Assembly: GCF_001194135.2 (NCBI RefSeq)
Contig: NC_068997.1
Location: 50,041,897 to 50,088,578, forward strand
Reading direction: 5' to 3'
From: Octopus bimaculoides
Taxonomy: Eukaryota
DNA length: 46,682 nt
The notes under the pieces are model-generated. The model was not told the origin of the DNA. It saw nothing but the letters and a program-made list of their open reading frames with translations, and made no database searches. The position numbers were made by a program, and so were the translations under genes. Shown here one piece after another: positions 27,102 through 39,299 of the stretch. The first letter of the stretch is position 1; each line of letters begins with the position of its first letter.

Positions 27102-27147
<46 letters not shown>

Positions 27148-27278
27148 AAGAGACAGACAGAAAGAGACAGACAGAAAGAGACACAGAGAGAGAGACAGAG
27201 AGATAGAGACAGAGAGAGAGAGAGAGAAAGAAAGAGACAGAGAGAGAGAGAGATAGAGAGAGAGAAAGAGACGGAGAC

Positions 27279-27317
<39 letters not shown>

Positions 27318-27365
27318 AACACAGACAAACACAGACAGACAGACAGACAGAGAGGCTGACAGATC
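27083..27365. repeat. (GACA)n/(GA)n compound microsatellite
   Basis: Directly visible. Confidence 0.95.
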
Positions 27366-29104
27366 GACAGATAAGAACAATAATAAAATAAAATAGCAGC
27401 GCATCATCCATGACTTTTGGAAACATTTGTTTCATGCTCAGAATTATCGAAGCGTTGAATACACTAATCGTGTCGACTGTCAACTGCCAGGACACTGCAT
27501 CCTTAAAAAATTCCATGCTTCCTGAAGTTCGTCAAAGCTAAGTGCCTTTACATTCTTCAGTCTTTATGGCNNNNNNNNNNTAAAAAAAAAAAATAAAAAA
27601 AAAACTTACAAGATCTAAAAGTTTAAAATTTTAACCAATCAAATCCCTGCATTTCCAACATAGGGAACAACATTATCATTATCGTCTGCATCCGACTGTT
27701 CATTAATATTGATTTCAAATTTTGTCACAAAGTCAGTAATTTCGAGGGAATGAAAAATCGATTACATCGACCCTAGTGTTCAACTGGTATTTATTTATCG
27801 ACCCCGAAAGGATGAAAGGCAAAGTCGACCTCAGTGAAAACTGTGCATTAAAATTATCGTCTGCCAACTGTCGTCTGCTTCCTGTTTCCAGCTCAGCTTC
27901 TGTGAACGAACACGGCAAACCGTATGTATTTGTTTTTGTCTTAAATACAAGGTTGTTGGAGTTTTATTTATCATTATTATTATTATTTGTACAAAATAAC
28001 ATCTTCAACGGTGAATTTCGTGAAATTATCTGAGAGTATAAAAACAAAGGAAGAAGAAACAGCAATGTTTCATCGTTTTTATTCGAGAAGTGTTAGTTAT
28101 ACCGAAGTAGATATGTCGTCGGCAACATGTTATGAGCATGAAAATACCACACAATGGTTGTGTTTGTTGGCGCTGTGAGAAAAGGCACAGGGTGAGAAAT
28201 GGTCACTCTTACTCTTAGGATTTTTGACTCTTTTGTTTTCGGCAAGAAACGAATGTGATTTTCGTCATGAACAAACAAAACTACATCAGCCAAATTTGAA
28301 AAATTCTGAAGGTAGGAAGAACTTTTTTTAAACATCTTATGACACTTTTACTGTTCACTTTGTATCATTTTTGTTTTATTCTGTGTAATATATACTTCTT
28401 GCCATAATTGCTGTCTTTCTTTACATGACTTACTCTTTCTATCTCGCCCAATCTTTTATTCTTTTCGGACGAGTTGTAGTGCACCAAATACTGTACAATA
28501 TGATTGTTGTTATTGTTGTTGTTATTGATATTGTTGTTATTGTTGTTGTTCCTTTTTTTTTTTTTTTTCTCAAGGGTAAAAGGTCCAACTAAGTTACACA
28601 CAATTTCGGGTACAGTCCAACCGCATGGCACCGTGGGCAAAGTGTCGTAGCTATAACTTCTGTCAAAAGAGGCTGACAGAATAAGCATCGTAGTTCTAAT
28701 GATCCCCCGCAAGCCAGTGCTCCAGCATGACCTCTGTCTAGTTTCTGAAACAAATATAAAAGTATTTGTCAAGTGTGAAAATAAATATAATTAAAACAAG
28801 GGACACAGCTCTAGCGACTTACATGAATACTCCTCTAACGATCTGGGGGTTTTTTATCTCGATATTCTGTAAATGCAAAATGCGTAACAGAACAATAAAT
28901 GTTTCAAGAATTTTTCTGTTTTTTAATTCTAATCAAAATATTTAATAATATCTTTCCAAAAATTCTTACTACAGAATTATTTTTAGTCTGGCATTTTGCA
29001 GTGATTTTTTTGTTTTTTCGTCAGATGCAAAGAGTTATTTCCCTTGGTTCAGTTGAATTGTGTTGGATTCCTTCTTATTTCTGGAACTGAACACACCAAT
29101 GTAG

Positions 29105-29136
29105 GGATAAGGCCGGTTTAAGTGCTAAAGGGTTAA
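29105..29136. mobile_element. Single piggyBac-like terminus (TTAA followed by CCCTTTAGCA on the minus strand)
   Basis: ...GTGCTAAAGGG TTAA at 29122-29136; the matching other end was not found. Confidence 0.35.
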
Positions 29137-29220
29137 ATGTGTAGTGTATGGATACAATAGTGGCAGAATGGGGGTAAAAGACTTGCTTAAGAAACAGAGT
29201 AGGATAAGGGTATGTCAAAA

Positions 29221-29608
29221 TTCTTGTTGGCACTCTCCGTCGCTTACGACGTCGAGGGTTCCAGTTGATCCGACCAACGGAACAGCCTGCTCGTGAAATT
29301 AACGTGCAAGTGGCTGAACACTCCACAGACACGTGTACCCTCAACGTAGTCCTCGGGGATATTCAACGTGACACAGTGTGACAAGGCTGACCCTTTGAAA
29401 TACAGGCACAACAGAAACAGGAAGAAAGAGTGAGAAAAAGTTGTGGTGAAAGACTACAGCAGAGTTCGCCACCATCCCCTGACGGAGCCTCGTGGAGCTT
29501 TAGGTGTTTTCGCTCAATAAACACTCACAACGCCCAGTCTGGGAATCGAAACCGTGATCCTACGTCCGCGAGTCCGCTGCCCTAACCACTGGGCCATTGC
29601 GCCTCCAC
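29221..29608 (-). mobile_element. tRNA-derived SINE family C, apparently full length
   Basis: Minus head GGAGGCGCAATGGCCCAGTGGTTAGG...GGTTTCGATTCC (A and B boxes), ending ...GACGGAGAGTGCCAACAAG. Partial copies at about 42330-42485(-) and 31970-32050(+). Confidence 0.8.
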
Positions 29609-30892
29609 TTTTTGCCCACAGAATGCTAAACATAAGGGAGACAAACAAGGATAGACAAAGGGACTATGTTGATTACAACGACCCCACTGCGTAACTAATA
29701 CTTATTTAGTTGACCCCGAAAGGATGAAAGGCAACGTTGACCTCGGTGAAATTTGAACTAAGAACGTAACGGCTGACGAAATACTGCTAAGCATTTCGCC
29801 CAGCATGCTAACAGTTCTGCCAGCTCGCTACTCTTAGTCTGTTAATATTGTGCTGCATACAGGACTATTTTAAAATATGACTGTTGGTCTTATGTAAGCT
29901 GTGTTGAAAGCAAGACTGCTTCAATATGTGGTTTTTAATGTGATGTAATAAATTCTGTCAATTCAGCCAGTCTGCTGAATTTTAACTCAGAATGTCAAGC
30001 TACATGAAATACCACTAAGCAATTTGCTACACCTTACTAATGTGCCCTACTTTCCCCGAATATTGATTTCAAATTTTGGCACAAAGCCAGCATTTTTGAA
30101 GAAGGGGCTAAGTTGATGACATCAACCCCAGTGCTCAACTGATACTTAATTTATCAATCCCCAAAAGGATGAAAAGCAAAGTCGACCTCAGCAGAATTTG
30201 AACCCAGAACGTGCAGACAGACGAAATGCCGCTTAGCATTTTGCCCGGTGCGCTAACGATTCTGCCAGCTCAACGCCTTGTTTCCTCCTGATATTAATAA
30301 CCATACCTATTACGCAAACTGCAAGCCTTATTTGAGCACAGAAGATAAAGGGACATAAGTACTGCAAGACTTATTTGAGCACAGACAATGAAGGGACCTA
30401 ACTACTGCAAGTTGTTTTGTCCAAAGTTCTAAAAATTCTGTGAATCTATTGCAGTCAGCACCATCTGCCACTCGAAGACGAATTCACTGCTCTATGACCA
30501 ATCCATTGCTCTTACACCAATCCGCTTCCCTTGTTCGCTGCACTAAAACTGCAATTAATTAACAATTAATATGACAACAATAAGACATGTAAGGATTTCA
30601 AATTATTCAATTAATTGAGAATTCAAATCCAAGAAATTTTAAAAAATAATAATAAAATAAGAGAACTAGCAAAAAAGAAAAACAAAAGTTCAATTGCAAT
30701 TTCTGTTTTGAAAATGGAATATTTTAATTTGTCAGTAATTTTTCTTATAAACAATTACAATTGTGTAATAATGAAATTAGTTTACAATAGCTGTGGTACT
30801 TAATAAGTTCCTTTGGAATTTTAATGAGACTATACGTCCACATGTGTATATACACTCACATGAGATTGCTGTACATATATATATATATATAT

Positions 30893-31262
30893 TCTTTAAC
30901 TTGTTTCAGTCATTTGACTGTGGCCATGCTGGAGCACTGCCTTTAACCAAATAAATCGACCCCAGAAATTAATCTTTGTAAGCCAAGTACTTATTCTATT
31001 GGTCTTTTTTGCCAAACTGTTAAGTTACGGGGATGTAAACAAGCCAGCAACGGTTATCAAGCAATGGTGAAGGGACAAACACAGGCACAGAAATAGATAC
31101 ATATATATATATATACGACGGGCTTCTTTCAGTTTCCCTCTACCACTCAGACTTTTATCAGCCTAAGGATAAAGTAGAAGACATTTGCCCAAGATTCCAC
31201 ACAGTGGGACTGAACCCGGGACCATGTGGTTGGGAAGCAAGCTCCTTACCACACAGCCAAGC
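30893..31262 (-). mobile_element. SINE family B, near full length; a second near-full copy lies at 32505-32882
   Basis: Head TTGGCTGTGTGGTAAG...GGTTCAGTCCC, internal (TA)n, and 3' part ...CCAGCATGGCCACAGTCAAATGACTGAAAC. Confidence 0.85.
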
Positions 31263-31295
31263 CCCCTCTCTAATTCTTTGAGTATATGCATCCAC

Positions 31296-31342
<47 letters not shown>

Positions 31343-33025
31343 AAAACACACACCTATGCGCATGTATATATAAAAAATAATTAGTTTACAATAGTCATGG
31401 TACTTATGAATAGTCACATTAAAATTTTTATCAGTGTATACATCCATGTGTATATGTATATACACCCATATATGTACATATATATATATACACATATATA
31501 TATATATATAAAAAATAGTTTACAATTTTTGTGGTTCTTAATGAATAATCATCTTGCAACTGGAACTTAATATATCAACCCGAAAAGGATGAAAGGCAAA
31601 GTCGACCTCAACGGAATTTGAACTCAGAACATAAAAGTCAGACAAAATACCGCTAAGAATTCCGCCCCACGTGCTAACGTTTCTGCCAGCTCGCCACCTT
31701 AAGACATTGGATAATTGACAAAGAGGAGTCATAGACCAACAGCTTGAAGAACAAGCAGATCGGTACCATCAGACAGTAGTTGAGTATCAAACTAACAAGT
31801 GAGCTGCTGTGGTGGGGCAGCCTTACCACTCTTGTACACCACTTGGTACCTGGCGTGGAGGCCCAGAGAGGTAGTCTGGTGGTGGAACAGTGCCAATTGT
31901 CTTACTTAATGTCCAAAGGCACAGAACAGTCAACGTCGACTTACAATCGACAGTCTCCAACAACAATGAAGGGTACATGTCTGTGGAATACTCAGCCAGC
32001 TGCATGATCATTCAATGAGGAAGGAATTCAGTTAATATAACTGGAAGATTTATTGTTAAAACCAACAGAACATTCCATTTACTTTTTTTTTTTTCAGTGT
32101 ATGTAAATATATATACGTGTGTGTGTGTGTGTGTGCATATATGTATGCACCAATGTGATTGTATGTGTGCAAGGGTGTGGATAATTATTTGGTGTAAAAA
32201 TGGGAGAAGGTTTTACTCAATGTATACAGTGTAGAAGAGTTTCTTTATTCGACCATCCATTCATTCAATGATGATGATTTGGTTTGCTATCTCTGAGTTT
32301 CCTGCATCCGTGACTTTATGCCTGAATTAACACAAGATAGACACTGGGAAAACTCGAAGCTGTGACATGGAGTGAAGAATCAGCTTAAAATGAATGCATA
32401 CATATACATATGTACATACACACACACATGAGCCTTAAGTCATGGAAATTCTGCCCAACTCATACAAGCATGGGGAAAACAATGATATCTATATATATAT
32501 TTTATTCATTTCAGTCATTTGACTGCAGCCATGCTGAAGCACCACCGTAAAGGGGTTTTTTTAAGTCAAAGAAATCGACCCCAGGAATTATTCTTTGTAA
32601 GCCTAGTGCTTATTCTATTGGTCTCTTTTGCTGAACCACTAAGTTACAGGGATGTGGACTTACCAGCATCAGTTGTCAAGCGATGGTGGGGGAACACACA
32701 CAGACACAAAAACATACAAAAATATATATATATATATACGACAGGCTTCTTTCAGTTTCTTTCTCCCAAATCTACTCACAAGGCTTTGGTTGGCCGAAGC
32801 CATATTAGAAAACACTTGCTCAAGGTGCCATGCAATGAGACTGAACCCAGAACCATGTGGTTGGGAAGCAAGCTTCTTACCAGGATATTTGTACCAATAA
32901 AAATATGCTAATGACTGCATGTATTTAAATAACACTGCACATGGGATTTTTTCTTTAAATGTTTTGATACAAGATACTGCAATTTGTGACAATGTGGGGA
33001 AAAATAAAATGATAACAATAATAAT

Positions 33026-33625
33026 GATTTCAAATTTTGGCACAGGGCCAATAGTTTTGGGGAGAAGCGAGAAGCAAGAGGAGGAGGAGGAAGTCAATAA
33101 CATTGACTCCGGTATATGACTGGTACTTTATTTTACTGATTCCAAAAGTATGAAAGGCAAAGTCGAGCTCAACGAAACCTGAACTCAAAATGTAAAACCA
33201 GGAGAAACGTCGCAATGCATTTTGTCTGCCATGCTAACAATTATGCCAGCTCACCACCTTAATAATAATGGTTCTAAATTTTGCCACAAGGGCAGCAATT
33301 CAATTTGGGGGGAGAGGATCCATCGATTACATCGACCCCAGTGTTCGACTGGTATTTATTTTATTGACCCCGAAAGGATGAAAGGTAAGGTCGACCTTGG
33401 CAGAATTTGAACTCAGAACATAACGATGGACAAAATACTGCAAAGCATTTCATAGTAATAATAATAATAATGATGATGATGATGATGATGATGGTTTAAG
33501 TTTTAGACACAAGCCCATCAATTTGAGGGGAGGGTGTTAGTTGATGCTGTCAACCCCAGTACTTGACTGGTAAACTATTTAATCAACTCTGGAGGGATAA
33601 AGGATATAATAATAATAATAATAAT

Positions 33626-33680
<55 letters not shown>

Positions 33681-34060
33681 GAATGGGAGGAAGTAAGCAA
33701 ATGTATTGACCGCAGAGGGATGAAAGGTAAAGCTGACCATTGGCAGGGTTAGAACTCAGAATATAATTAGATATCACATTGCAATTTATCCGATGCTCTA
33801 CTGAATCTAACATCATAAAAATACGATTTCTTGTGGGTTCTTTTTTTTTTTTTTTTACTTTTAATTTTATTTTTAATGGTTTTTTACAAGGCCACATATT
33901 CTGAGGTGGGGAGGACAATACTTAATTATACCAACACCAGTATTTAACTGGTACTTAATTTGACCGACTCTGAAAAAAAAAAAAAAAAAAAAGACAAAAT
34001 CAACCTTGGGAGAATTTGAACTCAGAACACAGAGGTATCTAACTAAATACTGCACTGCAC
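33026..34060 (-). mobile_element. Head-to-tail cluster of five decayed family-A SINE pieces separated by microsatellites
   Basis: The core GAAAGGCAAAGTCGAC/GAACTCAGAAC or the adjacent CCCCAGT..ACTGGT segment recurs at about 33026, 33270, 33490, 33690 and 33885. Confidence 0.75.
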
Positions 34061-34456
34061 ACTTGTAAGATATTGTTATTCTGTCATAATAATTATTATA
34101 TAAAACAAAGCTGGAATTTATGAACATATCTCAGACAGAGGCAGATCTATGGAGGACGGCAATGATATTCTTGTTAACATGAAATAAAGAAAAGTTTTTG
34201 GTTTGAAGCAGGAGATTCGTTTGGTTTCATTTTGAGGAGTGGAGCAGTGGAGGCGTTGTGATGACAGCAATAGCAACAAAAGGGAAATGTTAGCAACCAA
34301 GCTGAATTCAATCCAAGTTCTTCAACTTGTATTTTTTTTTTTATTACTTTACACAATGTTTTTATTTCTATTCAATCCCCACACCGTATAAGTCTGTATC
34401 ATCCTTGATTTTTTTTTAAACCCTTCATGTTTAAAAACAAAGCATATTTTTTATAT

Positions 34457-34524
<68 letters not shown>

Positions 34525-34577
34525 TAAGGATATAATCATTAAAATGATTTTATCAGCGACCAGTATAATTATATACA

Positions 34578-34617
<40 letters not shown>

Positions 34618-34670
34618 ATGCATATATGTATGTGTGTGTATATATATATATATAAATAATATGCATATAT

Positions 34671-34713
<43 letters not shown>

Positions 34714-34756
34714 GCAATATATATAATACGTATATGTGTATATATATGTATGTATA

Positions 34757-35256
34757 TCAAAGCATGACAGCTATCTTGTGTATGAGAAGAATGAGGTGGC
34801 TGGGGCATGTCAGGAGAATGGATGACCATTGAATCCCGAAGCAACTGCTCTTTGGAGAACTGGCCCAGGGCAAGAGACCAAGAGGAAGACCAAAACTGAG
34901 GTATAAGGACACTTGCAAAACTAGTTTGTCCAAGTGTGAGGTGGATGTCAGCACCTGGGAGGAGAGGGCTGAGGAGAGAACAACATGGAGGACTGTTGTG
35001 AAGGAAGGAACTGCTTCAGTAGAGGAGCAGCTACAGAAACAAACAAGTTGAGAAGCTTCAGCAGCAAAAGGAAAACAACAGAAATGCAGAGCGCCGAGGC
35101 ACCCTCTTGGTATGCAAGTACTGTGACAGAAGCTGCGCTTCAATCATAGGAAGAATCAGCCATGAAAGAAGCTGTAAGAAGGGGAGCCCCTGATATGTTC
35201 GATTAAGTGACCTCTAAGCTAAATTGACCGTCTGCATAGATGAAAAGGGCCAGTTA
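34757..35256 (+). mobile_element. RTE (BovB-like) LINE 3' end with C-terminal Cys/His motif
   Basis: RRMRWLGHVRRMDDH*IPKQLLFGELAQGKRPRGRPKLRYKDTCK...W...A..R..WR..V..G, then (frameshift) VCKYCDRSCASIIGRISHERSC; short UTR ending GAAAAGGGCCAGTTATTA. Confidence 0.9.
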
Positions 35257-35314
35257 TTATATGTATATATTAAATTAATGATTATATGTATATATAATTA
35301 TTCTAAGGGAGAAA

Positions 35315-35433
35315 GTCAAAACAAGACTTATCTCCACCTTACTGAATTAATGTCCAAGCATCACGAAGTTACCATAATGCTTTGTAATGCTTGGACATTA
35401 ATTCAATATGGCGGAGATAAGTCTTGTTTTGAC
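35315..35433. repeat. Inverted repeat with 50-bp arms (46/50) and a 19-nt loop
   Basis: 35315-35364 versus the reverse complement of 35384-35433 differ at 4 positions. Confidence 0.9.
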
Positions 35434-35629
35434 ATTTATGAACAAGAATGAAAAATACCCAATAAATATGTAATGTGTGTGTGTCTGTAATAGTATTGTG
35501 GTTACAATCTGCTACTACTCTCAGTATTCTGGTTAGATACTCACAACACTCAGAGGAGTAACACACTGTAGTGTTAACATTTTAGTGTCATCATCATTTA
35601 ACATCCATGTTTCATGCAGGCATATATAT

Positions 35630-35986
35630 CATCATCATCATTTACTGTCCATTTTCCATACTGGTATGGGTTGGACAGTTTGACAGGAGCTGATAAGGCC
35701 AGGGGCTGCACCCAGTTCCACTGTCTGTTTTGGCATGGTTTCTACAGCTGGAGACCCTTCATAAAGTCAACCACTTCACAGAGTATACTAGGCACTTTTT
35801 ACATGGCACCAGCACCAGTGCTTTTTACATGGCACCGGTGCCTTTTATGTGGTACCAGCACTGGTGCTGGTGCCACATAAAAAGCACCGATGCTTTTTAT
35901 GTGGCACAAGCACCAGTGCGTTCTATGTTGTAACAACACTGGTCTTTTTTACATAACACCAGCACCTTTTACATGGTACCTGTACC
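35630..35986 (-). repeat. Interspersed repeat family D plus a derived about 20-25-bp minisatellite; another copy at 44385-44535
   Basis: Shared GGTTTCTACA.CTGGA..CCCTTC segment in both copies; tandem TTTTAYRTGGCACCAGCACC units at 35795-35986. Confidence 0.7.
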
Positions 35987-36414
35987 AAATAGGGTCAACA
36001 GGGAACTTGCAAGACAAATATATATAAATAATAGTTGTTAAAAAAATTTTTTCACATAGTCACAATATTTGAAAAGTGATTTTCTTACATTAGAAATTAT
36101 TAATTATACTTTTAAAATAATCTTTAAAAATGTATGTTTGTCTACTTTTTCAGATTAAATATTTTCTTTATATAATTAATATTTAAGGAAATCTTTTTCA
36201 AAAATATATATCTGTACACATAAAACTATATATACACAAAAAAAAATACATATATGTATATATAAAAAATATATATATATACAAAAAATAAATAAATATA
36301 TACATATATACCTTATTTGTAATTAACTTTCCTCTATCATCTCTATTTACTTTATTCATCTCTAATCAACCCATAAACCCCACGCCTGAGCATATAACAA
36401 TACAAATCATAAAC

Positions 36415-37248
36415 TGTAGTCTGCTAAAATGAATTCATAAACCACCTTGCGAACCCAGTTTCCACAAAAACTGTTTGCTGAGAGCTGCACAAAGCTGGAT
36501 TTCACGGGAAGGCTACAATCAGAAAACCACTACTTTCAAAAACAAACGTTGCAAAGCATTTACAGTGGAGTAAAAACCTACAGAATTGGTCGCCAGAGCA
36601 GTGGAACAATGTTATTTTCTCAGACAAGTCATCCTTTACCTTATTTCCGAACACCGGCCAAATATACATGTGGAGACAGCCAAAAGAAGCATTTGACCCA
36701 AACTGCCTTCTTCCAACTGTTAAACATGGAGGAAGATCTGTGATGATTTGGGGGGCTATATCTTAGAAATCTGCCAACCCAATACTTCCCTTCATGGCAG
36801 AATTAATAGTCAAGACTATTTAAGCATTTTATCTGATCAAATTCATCCTATGGTTGTGGAACTGCTTCCAGAGGGAAATGCAATCTTTCACTATGATAAT
36901 GCACCAATTCACACAGGTAAACTTGTTACTGAATGGTACAAGGAACATTCTAGTGAAGTTGAACATCTTACCTGACCACCACAGTCCCCAGATCTCAATA
37001 TTACTGAACATTTATGGTGCATTTTAGAAAAACAAGGAATTGATATCCTCCACCATTATCACTACAAGAACTGGAGACTGTTTTAGTTGAAGAATGGATA
37101 AAAATTCCTTTGGAAACAATTCAAACTTTGTATGAGTCCATACCTCGTAGAATTCAAGCTGTAATTACTACCAAAGGTGGTTCTATCCCATATTAAAATA
37201 AATTTGTTTGAGATTTTAAGGTGCTTCCATTATTTTGTCCAACCTCTG
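36415..37248 (+). mobile_element. 5'-truncated Tc1-like transposon, DD36E spacing, with intact 3' TIR and TA
   Basis: RKPLLS...WNNVIFSD(36623)KS...TVKHGGRSVMIWGA...FHYD(36895)NAPIHT...*PPQSPDLNITE(37006)HLW...IPRRIQAVITTKGG. End CCATTATTTTGTCCAACCTCTG|TA at 37248-37250. Confidence 0.92.
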
Positions 37249-37256
37249 TATGTATA

Positions 37257-37317
<61 letters not shown>

Positions 37318-37689
37318 GTTATTACACATAACATTTTGCTATACATAGATTAGGCTTACACATTATAACATTTTGAGAAGTGTATGTGTGTAACATGCAT
37401 TTATATATACATACATATATATACAAACACACCTGTTATATATCATATTTTTCTATATACAGAAAGCTGTTGTACATCATAACACTTTTTATATACAGAC
37501 TATGTGTGCACATCATCATCATCATCAAATCTCCCTACAGATAGACCACTATTAATCAGAACACACGCCAGAGGGCACCACTAAATCCACTAAACTAGTC
37601 TTGCCTCACAAAATTATTACATTTTCATAGAAATAAAAATCATTTCCATGTTTCTTGTCCTTTTTATTGTATCCCTCTCACAAATTAGG

Positions 37690-38620
37690 AAAACTTCCAG
37701 GTGTGTATGTCATATGTGGAGAGACTAGCTTCATCAAAACCTCACAAATACAGATGTATTATCAACTGTTTTGTTCAATGTGTTGGTTTAACAATGCTTT
37801 AGTGAGTGAAGATAATATAAGGAGGAAAGCTAAGAAAAACTTTCAGGTGTGTATGTCATATCCGGAGAGCCTAGCATCATTATAACATCACAGTAATAGA
37901 CAGATTATTCTTCATCCCCTTTTAACACACATCTGTGTTGGTATGGGTTTACTAACATTTTTAATCAATGTTTTGGTTCAATTACGTTATAGACAGGTAA
38001 GATAGAATACAGAAGTAAGATAAGGAAAACTACCTACTCGTTTTCTAAAATCTGGATCAACCAGCTTGATTAAAACCTTGCAGCAACAAAGATATTATTA
38101 AATTATTTTACCTGATGTGTTGTTTAATATTTGAGAAAGTATATGCAGGTTAAGGCACGAAAGATTTACATCTGGGTATCTCATTTCTGAAAGAACTTCA
38201 TTAAAACCTCACAATAACAGACATATTATTAACTATTTTAACTGATGTATTGGATTAATAATGCTACAAACAGTTAAGTTAGCATATGTAGATTAAAATA
38301 AGAAAATCTTCTTGATGGGTGTCTCATGTCTAAAGAAACCAACTTCATCAGAATTACACAATAACAGACATAGCATTCCTCATCATCTTTTAACACCCAT
38401 CTTCCATGCTGGTTTTGGTTTATTAACTATTTTAACTGAGGTGATGGTTTAACAATGTTACAGACAGTTAAGATAGTATGCAGAGGCAAGATAAAGAAAC
38501 CTGCCTGCTGGGAATCTCATCTTAGGAGAAAACAGCTTCATCAAAACTTCACATTAATAGATATAGTATTAACTATTTTAACCGATGTGTTGTTTAATAA
38601 TGTTGTAGAAAGATAGTACA
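37690..38620. repeat. Degenerate satellite of six monomers forming two about 468-bp higher-order units
   Basis: Anchor (G/A)CTTCATCAAAACCTCACAATAACAGA-like at 37728, 37874, 38064, 38195, 38342 and 38535. Confidence 0.8.
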
Positions 38621-39299
38621 ACACAGCCAAGTTCACTCAGTGATAATATTTGAGATAATTATCAGCTCATTAGTTGACTGATGACATTTCATTGTAAAAT
38701 GTCTGATAGGATTGCTGGCATTTGAGATTATGTCTATTATCAGTGTTCCTACTACAGATGTTGAAATAACTCCTTGGGCAATTTTCTTAACTCTACTCAT
38801 CTGTGTTTACCTAAAGGAGAAAAACAGTTATCAGTTTGTTATCAGAGAACCGCTAGAAATCTGGGGTTTTTTTTTGACTGGTTACCGTGTCTTGAAAGAG
38901 AGAGAGAGAGAGACAAACAGACAGAGAAAGAAAGAGAAGACAGAGGGAATAAGAAATATAATATATAAGAAAAAGAGAAGTGAAGAAAGACTGAGAGAGA
39001 AGGGGAAGGGATAGATAACAAGAAAAATAGACCAAGAAAAGAGAGATGGAGGAAGGAAGAAAGAAAGAAAGAAAAGAAGCAAAAAAGGAAGGAAGGAAGA
39101 TTTACCTCTCCTCTTACCCAATTTCATAGAAATTTGTACAGCAATGACCATTTCCATGAACTGCTGTGGTTCCTGGAAAATGGTCATTTTAATGATTAAA
39201 ACATGAGGATAAGTTTATCCTGCTCCAAGTCATTAAATACTCATTGTCTGTCTTGATTGATTATTGATATCTAAAATAACTGACCAAGCTTTTGTGCTA

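Noticed and set aside
29560-29608. tRNA-like A/B-box sequences here, at 23030-23072, 13534-13600 and 45250-45295
   Set aside because: They are SINE heads continuing into repeat bodies, with no complete cloverleaf; not tRNA genes.
30318-30411. 43-bp direct repeat, about 2.2 copies
   Set aside because: Ordinary local tandem duplication with no further signal.
37690-38620. Regularly spaced repeats as a CRISPR array, or YVICGETSF as a C2H2 zinc-finger relic
   Set aside because: Eukaryotic context, whole monomers are homologous (no unique spacers), and there is no CxxC...HxxxH register.
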